The notes beneath the pieces were generated by a model. The model did not search any database, had not been told where the DNA came from, and saw only the letters and a list, made by a program, of their open reading frames with translations. Shown here in pieces: positions 20,944 to 32,169 of a stretch of DNA of 64,000 nucleotides. The translations under genes were made by a program, and so were the position numbers. Source of the stretch: Octopus sinensis (Eukaryota); assembly GCF_006345805.1 (NCBI RefSeq), contig NC_043026.1, forward strand, positions 9,796,001-9,860,000, given 5' to 3'. The first letter of the stretch is position 1; the number at the start of each line of letters is the position of its first letter.

Positions 20944-23900
20944 TTATGTATCATAATGAAAGAAAGCAAAAGATTGACGCCCTGGAATAATTCCAAAGAC
21001 CACAAAAGAATCACCTGAAATATCAAAACCAATTACTTTGTATACTTCATTATCATCACAGGTGAGGAGTAAATATTGTTCGATATCTTCAGACGTTTGT
21101 TGTTCCGTATGTCCGGGAATTTGGTAAATATTGTTATATTTATCTGTTATATAAACATGGTCACCGTGTGTGGTTAGATAAGGCCTGTACATATAATAAT
21201 ATAGATCTGTTGGTAGTTTTATACTCCTGACCAAGTGTTCCCTGTACCAACAGACAACATAGTAACCATCCTTCCTCCACCTTTCCTTCTCTATCTTCAT
21301 AACAACAATATCACGATCAGATGTCACTATTATATCCAGCATCTCTATCTCCTCTACCTCCACCCTCTCTCTGACCCCAGAACATACTTCACGATTGTAT
21401 TTACCTGTCCAATAATCGACATCAACAACGTCTACATAGTAGTTATACATCTTACGTTTCGTTCTGTCTTTAATATAATGACCACCACATACGAGTTGCT
21501 TGTCATTATTTCTATAAATCCTATTGTAGTATTTTACTGTACTGATGGTTCCCAAATGAGAGAGATCTCTGTTGAAGAACATTAACTGCTCACCAAAGGA
21601 GAGTATGAAGCAGTCATTTGTCCACCGACATATATCTTGTGGCTGTTGCCTTAACTGTTTATGTTGCAGTATGTCCCCTGTTCTAGTTGTGATTACTGTG
21701 ACAGTGTCTCTAAACACCAACACACTAACATTGCCATCTAACTTAATTAGTTTACTGTTATTGTCTCTCTTATAATCATAATTAACTGGTTCGTCCAATG
21801 TTGGAATTGAAATGGGAACCATTGCTGTCCTATATGGAAGTCTCCTCACTGATATTTCATCAATTCCTGACATACTTTCCGCTACGTAATTACCACATCT
21901 CACCTTTAATCTACCTTTACAAACTATTTCACCTGATTTACCTCTTCTTCCTTCTCCTCCGCTGTCTTTCAGTCTATCAATTAATTCGTTACTGAATATT
22001 TCATTGTTTCTCTGAGATGTAAAGGAAGGGAACTGAAGACCAGAATCAAACTTTAATAACGATATAGATTCTAGAATGCTCACTTGGTCCCCATCAATCT
22101 TTATGCAATGACATTCAATCAATTCATTATGCACACACCAGTAAATGTTTCCCACTTTCCTCCATATCATGCTGTAAGGCACTCCACTTTGCCAGACTTT
22201 ACGCTCCATCAAATCTTGTTGTTTCAACTGAAATATTTCTCGTCTGTTAGGGACTGTGACCATAATATCTCTTTCTCCCGAAAAACACACACCACCCACT
22301 AAAGTTCCAAGGTCTCTGTGACATAGCAGCTCCCCATGGCTATCAAATATTTTAACGTTGCCATTATTCGCTTTTTCACACACAACTGCCTCTCCACCAT
22401 CAGAGATATCAATATCTTTAACTTCAACAGGATACTCGTCTGTTTGTAACCGACAAACAGGAAAGCTTTCCCGATTATTGTTAAACAAGCCTTCAACATA
22501 CAATTTATTACTATGGCTTCCAACAAACCTTGGTCCTTTACAGTTTATGCTAGTGATATCAACTTCATCTATATAAATTCTGTTATTTAAAAATATACTG
22601 TTGTATTCACCATTCTGTGTCAAACACAGAATCTTATTATACCCCATATAGAAACCACCATATCTATCCCACCAGCCATAAATGTACAAATAACTGTCAT
22701 CAATTGTCATATTGTTGTAATCTTTAATGTACTCCATGTAGTGTCTAACCGAATGTAAACAGTGACCATTACGGTTGAAGAAAATGATGAATTTATCGTT
22801 GTAAACAATGATGATATCATTGGCAGTAACTGCAATATCACCGATGTCAAAAATATAATTACAGTCACCATGTCTGTCTCTTGTTAATAATGTTTCAATT
22901 ATGTCAATTTGTTTTACTTCCTTCACGGTTGAATGCCTTTCATCAATATCAACAACATACAGAGTACGTCCGTCTCTCCATCTGCTACACACCAGTAGAT
23001 TGTCCGACAAAGGAGCTATACATTTATATTCATTTATCGTCTGGTATGTTATCAATGACAATGGAAATTCCACTTTCAGTGTCAGCAGTTTGAGATTATC
23101 GTAAGTCGTAATAACCAGTGTGTTCGATTGCCATCGGGACATATTGACATAGTAGCCATTCAATTCGACAGAGTCCAGAAGTTGGCCATCAAATGTTAAT
23201 ATCTTAATGTTTTTATTGTTCCTGTCATATCCTGCAATCAGGTTATTTTCAGTAATAACCAAACGATCAATGCCTACTGGTTGTTCGTCTTCAAAATCTG
23301 GAAGGACAACGAGATCCCGCTGAGCTTTATCAGAAACTGTTAGATCTTGTAGATATATTCTAGAAGACAACATCTCAGCAACACAGATATTTCTAGAGAG
23401 TACATCTACAAGGTCGATGTACATGTTAAGTTGATTATTTGTAACGTGATCTCTGACCACCAAGTTATTGTCATTTATAGCAAACATACGGCTGCTGTCT
23501 ACCAGATAAACGAACATTTCATCACTACATCCACCACAAAGATTGAGTAGAGGTTTGGTGTTGGACAGTAAAACAGCAGGCACCATCTTGCTGCTGCTGC
23601 TGCTACTACTACTACTCCAACTATTACGTCGACAGCTATCAGCAACACCATCACTACCACTACAACCATGACCACCATCACCACCTATTCCAGTGTTGTA
23701 CAGAAATACTTTTTTCCTAGTGACAATTAGTAGCATTAGTGTTTCGTTTTCTATCGTTAAAGATTTTACTACAGAATGGATACCAACCCTATAAATTATT
23801 TCAGTTTGATTATAATTTTTAATGGCTAAAATATCTAAATGAGATGGTTTATCACAATAACAGACAATTTGGTCTTCACCCAACTTACACACCCGTACAT

Positions 23901-24090
23901 AAGGCTGTCTTAATAGTACAGTTCTAACTGTCTTTGAGAGATTTCCGATGACCCTTAATTGTTTCTGTAGGGGTAATGTGACCCCTATTCCAAAACAATC
24001 CCATCGACATATATCTGTAGCTGTAGACGGCAGAGGCAATGTGGACACAATGTCCCCTTCATTAGAAATGTACAACAAGCAATCATGCTT
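20944..24090 (-). CDS. C-terminal part (1048 aa) of a large multi-beta-propeller (NHL/TolB-like) protein
   Basis: 3.1-kb open frame in AT-rich DNA; blade motifs TDICRW..GVTLP, NIKILTFDGQLL, VKIFDSHGELL..VTVP, QPQDICRW; the frame is open upstream of the tracked start as KHDCLLYISNEG. Confidence 0.8.
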   Translation of the reverse strand, partial: KHDCLLYISNEGDIVSTLPLPSTATDICRWDCFGIGVTLPLQKQLRVIGNLSKTVRTVLLRQPYVRVCKLGEDQIVCYCDKPSHLDILAIKNYNQTEIIYRVGIHSVVKSLTIENETLMLLIVTRKKVFLYNTGIGGDGGHGCSGSDGVADSCRRNSWSSSSSSSSSKMVPAVLLSNTKPLLNLCGGCSDEMFVYLVDSSRMFAINDNNLVVRDHVTNNQLNMYIDLVDVLSRNICVAEMLSSRIYLQDLTVSDKAQRDLVVLPDFEDEQPVGIDRLVITENNLIAGYDRNNKNIKILTFDGQLLDSVELNGYYVNMSRWQSNTLVITTYDNLKLLTLKVEFPLSLITYQTINEYKCIAPLSDNLLVCSRWRDGRTLYVVDIDERHSTVKEVKQIDIIETLLTRDRHGDCNYIFDIGDIAVTANDIIIVYNDKFIIFFNRNGHCLHSVRHYMEYIKDYNNMTIDDSYLYIYGWWDRYGGFYMGYNKILCLTQNGEYNSIFLNNRIYIDEVDITSINCKGPRFVGSHSNKLYVEGLFNNNRESFPVCRLQTDEYPVEVKDIDISDGGEAVVCEKANNGNVKIFDSHGELLCHRDLGTLVGGVCFSGERDIMVTVPNRREIFQLKQQDLMERKVWQSGVPYSMIWRKVGNIYWCVHNELIECHCIKIDGDQVSILESISLLKFDSGLQFPSFTSQRNNEIFSNELIDRLKDSGGEGRRGKSGEIVCKGRLKVRCGNYVAESMSGIDEISVRRLPYRTAMVPISIPTLDEPVNYDYKRDNNSKLIKLDGNVSVLVFRDTVTVITTRTGDILQHKQLRQQPQDICRWTNDCFILSFGEQLMFFNRDLSHLGTISTVKYYNRIYRNNDKQLVCGGHYIKDRTKRKMYNYYVDVVDVDYWTGKYNREVCSGVRERVEVEEIEMLDIIVTSDRDIVVMKIEKERWRKDGYYVVCWYREHLVRSIKLPTDLYYYMYRPYLTTHGDHVYITDKYNNIYQIPGHTEQQTSEDIEQYLLLTCDDNEVYKVIGFDISGDSFVVFGIIPGRQSFAFFHYDT

Positions 24091-26279
24091 GTGTCGGACA
24101 CCACTAACTGTCCATTTGGCAGATTACATATTTTACCAATGAGGATTTTGTCATATTCATTTCCTTTTAGTCGTATATTTACATTTCTGATATAAGGATT
24201 CTTGATGGGTAAACAACAGCCAGACCAGTCATGATACCTGTAAAGAAGAACCCTGTGGAATTCAATGTCCAACACATAAATAGTTCCTTGGAAAACAGCA
24301 ATGTGAGAGTGAACAGTCAAAGGTAGTTTCCACTGCCATTTAATGTCTCCATATATATTGTAACATTTCACAACAGACTCTCTCTTGAACAGAACATAAT
24401 AATATACATTATCAGAGTAGATGTGATGAAGACAGCCATAGAACTGAAGGTATTTTTCAAAAAGTGCTTCACCTGATGTGGAATAAAATACCAGTTTATG
24501 TTTCTTTACGTCTACAATTACGAAATTAATTGGAGTTGCAGCAATGGTAACAGCATCATGTTCCAGTGAAATTCTGATTTTGATGTCAACCCTGTCCTCC
24601 TTAATCAACTGAATATGTACCTCTGTTTTGTTTTCATCAGTAATCAGAGCTAAATACTTATTTGACACAATATGACATATTTTAATGTAATCAGTGTGAA
24701 CCTGTATTAAAGGACCCTTGTTTAGTTCAGGACATGTGATATACTGAAGTCTTTTGATTTCACGATAAAAGACCAGAAATCTGTCTGAGTTCATTCTACA
24801 AAAGACTGAAGGAAAGAAGGGGAAATTTAAATAATTTGGGCCAATTTTTCCCCCCGTATCAGTGAATAATATAGCTTTGTTATTCCTGTAGGTAATTAAT
24901 ATAGAAGATGTTGACATAGGTAGAATATTTGTAATATTGCAGGGATCTTCAATATAAATATGGTTGTTTAACTTGGGGGTGTGCAACTGGCGGCTGTATG
25001 ACAGTTTGGGCCAAAAGTCTTTATTTGTTTTAACCACACGAAGAATACCAAAATAATCTGTTAAGAAAATGGCACCTGTGCCAACAGAAATATTCCTACA
25101 TTTCGTGCCTATTTCCCTCTGTGAAACACCACCTGTACCTGAAATCTTATAAATTATATGTCCCTGGAGGACATAAAAATGGTTTTGGTACACAGTGACA
25201 TTGGTTGGGAGATCCAGAGAATGAGTGTAGACCTCAAATATCTGCTGGCCATCCAAATTATAGCATACAACTCTATTAATATTAGCAAATGATATTAATA
25301 GTTGATACTGTACCCCTACAGTAATATCTGCAGGTATCTCTTTGACATCAAATTTATTTGTAATTACATTATCATCCCAATCAACAAGGTATATGGTCTT
25401 CATAAACATTTCCACACCTATGAACGTAGAATGTTGTAAATATGACACCATCATAAAACCTAATTGAAGAGTTTTAATTTTAAAACTCGAGGGATTGATA
25501 ATAAGAATAATTTTTCTAAAGGGTAGGGTGGCCAGAACAGTGTCTTCACTAATTCTGGTTAAATCAGTGACAGAAGATGGGCAACGAACATCATTTCTGC
25601 CACCATCTCTTGTTACATAACATATTGTCATATAATGGCGGGAATATGTTACAATTCCCCCTTGTATGATAATAATATTGGATGTTATGTTGCTTAAGTC
25701 TTCACCAGATTCGTCGATCTTTGCTTCTCTGCTTACAACCGGAGAAAGAGGTCGAAATTTGTTGATTATTTTTGGTGCCTCAGTGGTCTTGTATTTGTCT
25801 TGTAAAACATTTGTATTTATGTAGTGTTCAAGAAACAATTCGAGTTTTCCAAAATTAACAAAATCTTGACTGTAATCGTATTTGTTAATGTCTTTTAACA
25901 AAATATTTGTTCTTTGTGCAAAACACCGAATAAAGACATTTTCGTCCAATCCTACACTTTTTAAAAAGTTACATATCTTTTCCCGAGAATTTATCAACAT
26001 ATTCATTTTGTCTTCATATGCGTTGAATCTTGTATAATATATGTTTGTGTCCAAAACATCTCGTCTTTCAATTATTTCCCGCTTTTTAGGGTCTTCTTTG
26101 TGTCTTTTTTGTCTTTTTGTTGATTGACATGAAGGTCGTTTTTTTGGCATTTCTGTTCTCGAACATTCACCTGCATCATACCTACACTTTTTATTGTAGA
26201 CTCCATCGCTTTTTGTTGTTGTTACAGCTCTTTTCCGAGGTGTAAGTTTACTTGAAACATTTCTTGTATGATCTTCCAT
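23985..26279 (-). CDS. N-terminal part of the same protein: basic NLS-rich head, helical segment, two propeller modules; natural junction at about aa 730 (VSDT)
   Basis: 764-codon ORF; RVVCYNLDGQ, KLVFYSTSGE, VKCYNIYGDI, LPNGQLVVSD blade motifs; candidate acceptor ttcattatAG (26288-26287) 7 nt before the ATG. Confidence 0.8.
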   Translation of the reverse strand: MEDHTRNVSSKLTPRKRAVTTTKSDGVYNKKCRYDAGECSRTEMPKKRPSCQSTKRQKRHKEDPKKREIIERRDVLDTNIYYTRFNAYEDKMNMLINSREKICNFLKSVGLDENVFIRCFAQRTNILLKDINKYDYSQDFVNFGKLELFLEHYINTNVLQDKYKTTEAPKIINKFRPLSPVVSREAKIDESGEDLSNITSNIIIIQGGIVTYSRHYMTICYVTRDGGRNDVRCPSSVTDLTRISEDTVLATLPFRKIILIINPSSFKIKTLQLGFMMVSYLQHSTFIGVEMFMKTIYLVDWDDNVITNKFDVKEIPADITVGVQYQLLISFANINRVVCYNLDGQQIFEVYTHSLDLPTNVTVYQNHFYVLQGHIIYKISGTGGVSQREIGTKCRNISVGTGAIFLTDYFGILRVVKTNKDFWPKLSYSRQLHTPKLNNHIYIEDPCNITNILPMSTSSILITYRNNKAILFTDTGGKIGPNYLNFPFFPSVFCRMNSDRFLVFYREIKRLQYITCPELNKGPLIQVHTDYIKICHIVSNKYLALITDENKTEVHIQLIKEDRVDIKIRISLEHDAVTIAATPINFVIVDVKKHKLVFYSTSGEALFEKYLQFYGCLHHIYSDNVYYYVLFKRESVVKCYNIYGDIKWQWKLPLTVHSHIAVFQGTIYVLDIEFHRVLLYRYHDWSGCCLPIKNPYIRNVNIRLKGNEYDKILIGKICNLPNGQLVVSDTSMIACCTFLMKGTLCPHCLCRLQLQIYVDGIVLE

Positions 26280-26369
26280 AGTGAATCTATAATGAAATAT
26301 AAGTGAAACATTTAGCTTTGTGAAAAATGTTAAATTGTGAGGGAGACGAAGTTCACTTCATTAGTTTAA

Positions 26370-26952
26370 CCCCTTACCCGGCAGAAACGAATACATGCGT
26401 TTTGACCGAAATCGTTTTTTTTCTATCTCTGGCGAGTTAACTCGTCAAAAGATAGACTCGCCAAAATCGACAGCAAACGAGTTCCTTTGTCTATTATAAA
26501 CTCTTTTTTGACATATACGGGTATATTCGCTCACTTTATACGTCTGGCAGTGACGATTTCTGCCACCTTTCGCTTGAGTAAGGCATTGAAGACCGAGTAT
26601 GATTTAGTCACCTGGAGACAGTCGAAGGGTTGGAAGGCACATTTTATGAATAGAAGTATTCACTTTGTTTTTACGTTGTTTTTTTTTATACCTTTATATT
26701 ATAACCCCAACATGTCGATAACCAAATAAAATAACATGATTTTTTGTAAAAGTAATATGATTTATGAAAAAAACGGGTTAACTCGTTTCTGCCCAAAGCG
26801 GTAATTTAAAATCAATATTATTGAATTAAAATTCATAATAAATAAGGTTTGAAATATACCTCGAAATCACCATTCAAAACATAGTAAAGTAAAACAATTA
26901 AAAAATGTCTGAAAAAATACATTTATTTTCAAAATAATTGTTGGGTAAGGGG
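26370..26952. mobile_element. piggyBac-like MITE
   Basis: TTAA|CCCCTTACCC...GGGTAAGGGG|TTAA. Confidence 0.85.
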
Positions 26953-27094
26953 TTAAACACACAAGCAAAACATAGCCATATGTCTGTCAACATATTAGGT
27001 TATCAAATTAACACTTGAAGAAATCCTTGTTGGAATAAAGGTTAGAAATAAACATCTTTTTGCAATCTATTGTACAAATACGTTTATATTAGTA

Positions 27095-27392
27095 AGTATT
27101 GAGCGAAAACTCCTTAAGCTCCACGAGGCTCCGGCAGGGGATGGTGGTGATCCCTGCTGTACTCTTTCACCACAACTTTCTCTCACTCTTACTTCCTGTT
27201 TCTGTTGTACCTGTATTTCAAAGGGCCGGCCTTGTCACTCTCTGTGTCACGCTGAATATCCCCGAGAACTACGTTAAGGGTACACGTGTCTGTGGAGTGC
27301 TCAGCCACTTACACGTTAATTTCACGAGCAGGCTGTTCCGTTGATTCGGATCAACCGGAACCCTCGTCGTCGTAACCGACGGAGTGCTTCCA
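27095..27392 (+). mobile_element. SINE family D, 5'-truncated
   Basis: Matches 29779-30152 and 38078-38430. Confidence 0.8.
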
Positions 27393-27789
27393 ACCAACCA
27401 TATTAGTAAGTTTCGGTAATTCATTTAGACAGAAAATATTAGTAATACTACACAGGAAATGATATTTGTTTTTAACATTAGAAACTAACAGTTATGTCGG
27501 ACACTAAGTTGCAGAGAAAGTTAAAGGATGTAACCGATATATGGAGGCACATGGCCTTGTGGTTAGAGCAGTGGACTTGTGGCCGAGGGATCGCGGGTTT
27601 CAAATCTCAGACCAGGCGATGAGTGTGTTTATGAGCGAAACATCTAAGCTCCACATGGTTCCAATGGAAGGTAATGGCGAACCTCTGCTGACTCTTTCGT
27701 CACAACTTGCCTTCAGTCTTTCCTCCTGCATCTAGCAGCTCACAGGCGATGGACTGGAGAATCTTAAAAATCCCACTGAATTCACTTTA

Positions 27790-27975
27790 TTTAAAAAATA
27801 ATTTTTGTAACTATTTAAAAAATAATTTTTGTAACTATTTAAAAAATAATTTTTGTAACTATTTAAAAAATAATTTTTGTAACTATTTAAAAAATAATTT
27901 TTGTAACTATTTAAAAATAATTTTTGTAACTATTTAAAAAATAATTTTTGTAACTATTTAAAAAATAATTTTTTT
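27790..27975. repeat. 24-bp AT-rich minisatellite, about 7.5 units
   Basis: tttaaaaaataatttttgtaacta repeated; adjoins an inverted-repeat element (27977-28300) related to the 16383 MITE. Confidence 0.9.
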
Positions 27976-28523
27976 TTAACTAAACACTTTCAAACTTCGG
28001 ACACTGGTAGAATGTGTCATATAAAACATTTTTTACTCTTAGTGTTGTTGAGAAAAGCTTATATTTACGAAGTTATTTCACGTTAGATTTCTGAGAGGCA
28101 GTAAATGATATGAAGTCGAAAGAAAGAATATCATTGGTTAAAATTCAAATTATTAAACAACGTTAAACTTAGAAATTACAATTCCGTTTTCATTTTGGTT
28201 TACAATTATGTTTTCTTTTGACACATTCTACCAGTATACGAAGTTTCAAATTGTTTAGTTAACTAGGAAAATCTGGCTTTCAAAATGAAAAGATCCCTGA
28301 CGTTACCTCGAAATAATTTAATTTTTTAAGAAATTCTCATAATTTACTTCAAGAAAGAAACAAATCTAACTGCCAGAACAATCAGATTGATGTTGAATAA
28401 TGAGTAAAGAATGATGTAAAATGTTTCATTGTTTAACTGAAAGTTGGGGTTTATTATTGGGATTAGATTAAGTATATGAAGAAAACAAAGTTTATATGGC
28501 AGTCGATTGCCATTTATATTTTA

Positions 28524-28905
28524 CTAGCAGTATCGCCCGGCGTTGCTCGGGTTTGTAAGGGAAATAACTATAAAGCATTTTTAGAGAGTTATAGCAAAAA
28601 ATAGCAAAAAAATGGGAAAAAAATGATGGTAAATTTTTTTGAGAGTTTAAAAGGTCGAGTTGCGTCCCCTAGACAGTCTGTGGTTTGTGTTTCTGATTCT
28701 CGACCCCATGTCGAATTTATCGATTTTTTTCAGAACTGGGGGAACTTTTCAAAATTTTCGCTGCGTTAGTTTTGAATTATGACATTGGGCTATGTGTGTG
28801 TCAAGTTTCATCAGAATCGGTTGAAAGCCGTGGTCAGGGTGAGGGTACAACCTAACAGACACACAGACACGCAGACAGACAAACTGCCGTTTATATAGAG
28901 AGAGA
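28524..28905 (-). mobile_element. Non-autonomous Helitron-like element, variant 2
   Basis: TC 5' end and hairpin-CTAG 3' end; interior differs from the other copies. Confidence 0.8.
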
Positions 28906-29060
28906 TATCCATAAAATAGATTTACAAGTATTGAATTTCTCTTGAAACATAAAAATCGCAGTGTATCCATTAGATATACTCCATGTTTTTCTATTTTTAA
29001 ATTTCGAAAAATAATTTTCATATACGGTTTAAAGGCTCTAAGCAGTGATGTATATAAGCA

Positions 29061-29331
29061 CAATCTTGTTAGCAGTTGAAATTTGCTTGAGACATATTCG
29101 AACACACAAGAAAGCCTTTCACTGTGTGTTGTCAAGGTGAAAATTTCTCACTGTTGACAAATGGGTATAAATAGACCGATTCGGCTCGCAGCACTCGCCT
29201 GGCAGTCTGATCAAGTAGCGCTGCGAGTTGATTCAACAGCGAGAGATTTTTCACCGTAACAACACCCAGAGAAAGGCTTTATTGCGGGGTTTGAAAATGC
29301 GTCAAGCAGATTTCAACTAGTAACAAGTTTG
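29061..29331. repeat. Degenerate ~270-bp palindrome
   Basis: Arms about 100 bp, roughly 80% complementary, with inner stem ctcgcagc/gctgcgag. Confidence 0.75.
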
Positions 29332-29370
29332 TAATTTTCACATAGTTTAAAAATATAAATAATGCGATAG

Positions 29371-29508
29371 ACCCCAGGACTTATTCTTTGTAAGCCTAGT
29401 ACTTATTCTATCAGTCTCTTTTGCCGAACCGCTAGGTTACGGGGTCATAAACATCAGTTGTCAAGCGATGTTGGGGGACAAACACAGACACACAAACATA
29501 CACACACA

Positions 29509-29551
<43 letters not shown>

Positions 29552-29708
29552 CGACGGGATTCTTTCAGTTTCCGCCTACCAGATCCACTCGCAAGGCTTT
29601 GGTCGGCCCGAGGCTATAGTAGAAGACATTTGCCCAAGGTGCCATGCAGTGGGACTGAATCAGGAACCATGTGGTTGGTAAGCAAGCTACTTACCACACA
29701 GCCACTCC
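29371..29708 (-). mobile_element. SINE family A
   Basis: Family match. Confidence 0.85.
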
Positions 29709-29778
29709 TACGCCTATAGGCTATGAATAATTCTTATCATTCAAACATGTTGTAAATATGCTAGTAGTTGTTGTTTGT

Positions 29779-30152
29779 GGAGGCGCAATGGCCCAGTGGT
29801 TAGGGCAGCGGACTCGCGGTCATAGGATCGCGGTTTCGATTCCTAGACCGGGCGTTGTGAGTGTTTATTGAGTGAAAACACCTAAAGTTCCATGAGGCTC
29901 CGGCAGGGGATGGTGGTGATCCCTGCAGTACACAACTTTCTCTCACTCTTACTTCCTGTTTCTGTTGTACCTGTATTTCAAAGGGCCGGCCTTGCCACTC
30001 TCTGTGTCACGCTGAATATCCCCGAGAACTACGTTAAGGGTACACGTGTCTGTGGAGTGCTCAGTCACCTACACGTTAATTTCACGAGCAGGCTGTTCCG
30101 TTGATTCGGATCAACCGGAACCCTCATCGTCGTAACCGACGGAGTGCTTCCT
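29779..30152 (+). mobile_element. SINE family D, full length
   Basis: tRNA-like head tggcccagtggttagggc...ggtttcgattcc. Confidence 0.85.
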
Positions 30153-30242
30153 TTTTTAGTAGTTGTTGTTTAGTAATCTATTTACCAATCAGTTTCACAA
30201 ACAGATATAATTAGAATTTGACCAGACTTAGAATGAAGTACT

Positions 30243-30660
30243 GGCGGCGAACTGGCAGAAACGTTAGCACGCCGGGCGAAATGCTTAGCGGTATTTCGTC
30301 TGCCGCTACGTTGTGAGTTCAAATTCCGCCGAGGTCGACTTTGCCTTTCATCCTTTCGGGGTCGATAAATTAAGTACCAGTTACGCACTGGGGGTCGATC
30401 TAATCGACTTAATCCCTTTGTCTGTCCTTGTTTGTCCCCTCTATGTTTAGCCCCTTGTGGGTAATAAAGAAATGGGTATTTCGTCTGCCGTTACGTTGTG
30501 AGTTCAAATTCCGCCGAGGTCGACTTTGCCTTTCATCCTTTCGGGGGTCGATAAATTAAGTACCAGTTACGCACTGGGGATCGATATAATCGACTTAATC
30601 CCTTTGTCTGTCCTTATTTGTCCCCTCTATGTTTAGCCCCTTGTGGGCAATAAAGAAATA
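30243..30660 (+). mobile_element. SINE family B dimer
   Basis: Junction gaaatgggtatttcgtctg. Confidence 0.88.
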
Positions 30661-30957
30661 TATTTTGACCCGTGCTTCGCTCGGGTTTTGGTGTCGGTGT
30701 TGTTTTGTCCCCTTTTCCCTTTCTTCTTTTGTTCGTCTTCTTTGCCTGGTTCTTTTTATTGCCCTCTTCTTTTTCTTTTTCTTATTTTTAAATATTTTTT
30801 CTTCGTCTTTATCTTCTTTAAAACTCAATTTTCCCCATATTCCTCACCATGGCAACTAAACTGTAGCCCCGAGCGACTTGCAACCCTCCTCACATCATTA
30901 CCCACCCCATTTCACCCCCAGTGTAAATTTTGGCGTCAATCCGACCCCATCTACCTA

Positions 30958-31215
30958 TTTCTTTACTACCCACAAGGGGCTAAACACAGAGAGGACAAAC
31001 AAAGTCAGACAAACGGATTAAGTCGATTATATCGACCCCAGTGCGTAACTGGTACTTATTTAATCGACTCCGAAAGGATGAAAGGCAAAGTCGACCTCGG
31101 CGGAATTTGAACTCAGAATGTAGGGGCAGACGAAATATCTATTTCTTTATTACCCACAAGGGGCTAAACACAGAGGGGACAAACAAGGACTGACATAAGT
31201 ATTAAGTCGATTACA
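30958..31215 (-). mobile_element. SINE family B, partial dimer
   Basis: Family match. Confidence 0.8.
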
Positions 31216-31564
31216 GCTCGCCACCTTACATAATTCGGCCGGTTCAAGGTACCGTCAACTCGACCAGTCGCCCGGGACACCATGTGCTAGGGGGAGCCAA
31301 GGAAAGTGTAACAAAGACTAGAAAATTTCCATGACGGTCGGCTTGAACGCGCCAAAGTTCAGCAACCCTAGGGCCGGCCATAATTTACTTCAAGAAAGAA
31401 ACAAATCTTACTGCCAGAACAATCAGATTGATGTTGAATAATGAGTAAAGAATGATGTAAAATGTTTCATTGTTTAACTGAAAGCTGGGGTTTATTATTG
31501 GGATTAGATTAAGTATATGAAGAAAACAAAGTTTATATGGCAGTCGAATGCCATTTATATTTTA

Positions 31565-31850
31565 CTAGCAGTATCGCCCGGCGTTGCTCGGGTTTGTAAG
31601 GGAAATAATTATATAAGCATTTTTAGAGAGTTATAGCCAAAAAATAGCAAAAAAATGCATTAAAAATGGAAAAAAAATGATGGTAATTTTTTTTTTAAAT
31701 CGTATACGTGCGCTAATACCCAGAAGGGCTCGATATGAATCATGACTATAAGATACCCGGTTTTGGTTAAACTGCAACGCAAAATGTGGGAGTAGTTAGG
31801 AATCTAAATCGTAGGAGACAGACACACATCCTCTCTTTTATATATAAAGA
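31565..31850 (-). mobile_element. Non-autonomous Helitron-like element, variant 1
   Basis: TC 5' end, hairpin-CTAG 3' end. Confidence 0.85.
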
Positions 31851-32169
31851 TATCCATAAAATAGATTTACAAGTATTGAATTTCTCTTGAAACATAAAAA
31901 TCGCAGTGTATCCATTAGATATACTCCACGTTTTTCTATTTTTAAATTTCGAAAAATAATTTTCATATATGAAATGAAGTGTTTTGCTCAAGAACACAAC
32001 GCGTCGCCCGGTCCAGGAATCGAAACCACAATCTTACGATCATGATGCTGACACCCTAACCACTAATCCACGCGCCTCCACAAACGAAAGAATGATTTAT
32101 ACTAAAGCTGTAAAGGAAATGCTTTACCTGTTTTGTAACACTACTAAATGTTTTAACAGTTTTCTAGGC

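Noticed and set aside
23985-24122. Programmed -1 ribosomal frameshift or micro-intron joining the two large ORFs
   Set aside because: No slippery heptamer in the overlap; the only GT-AG spans that restore frame are 17 nt or shorter; A-to-I editing cannot fix an indel
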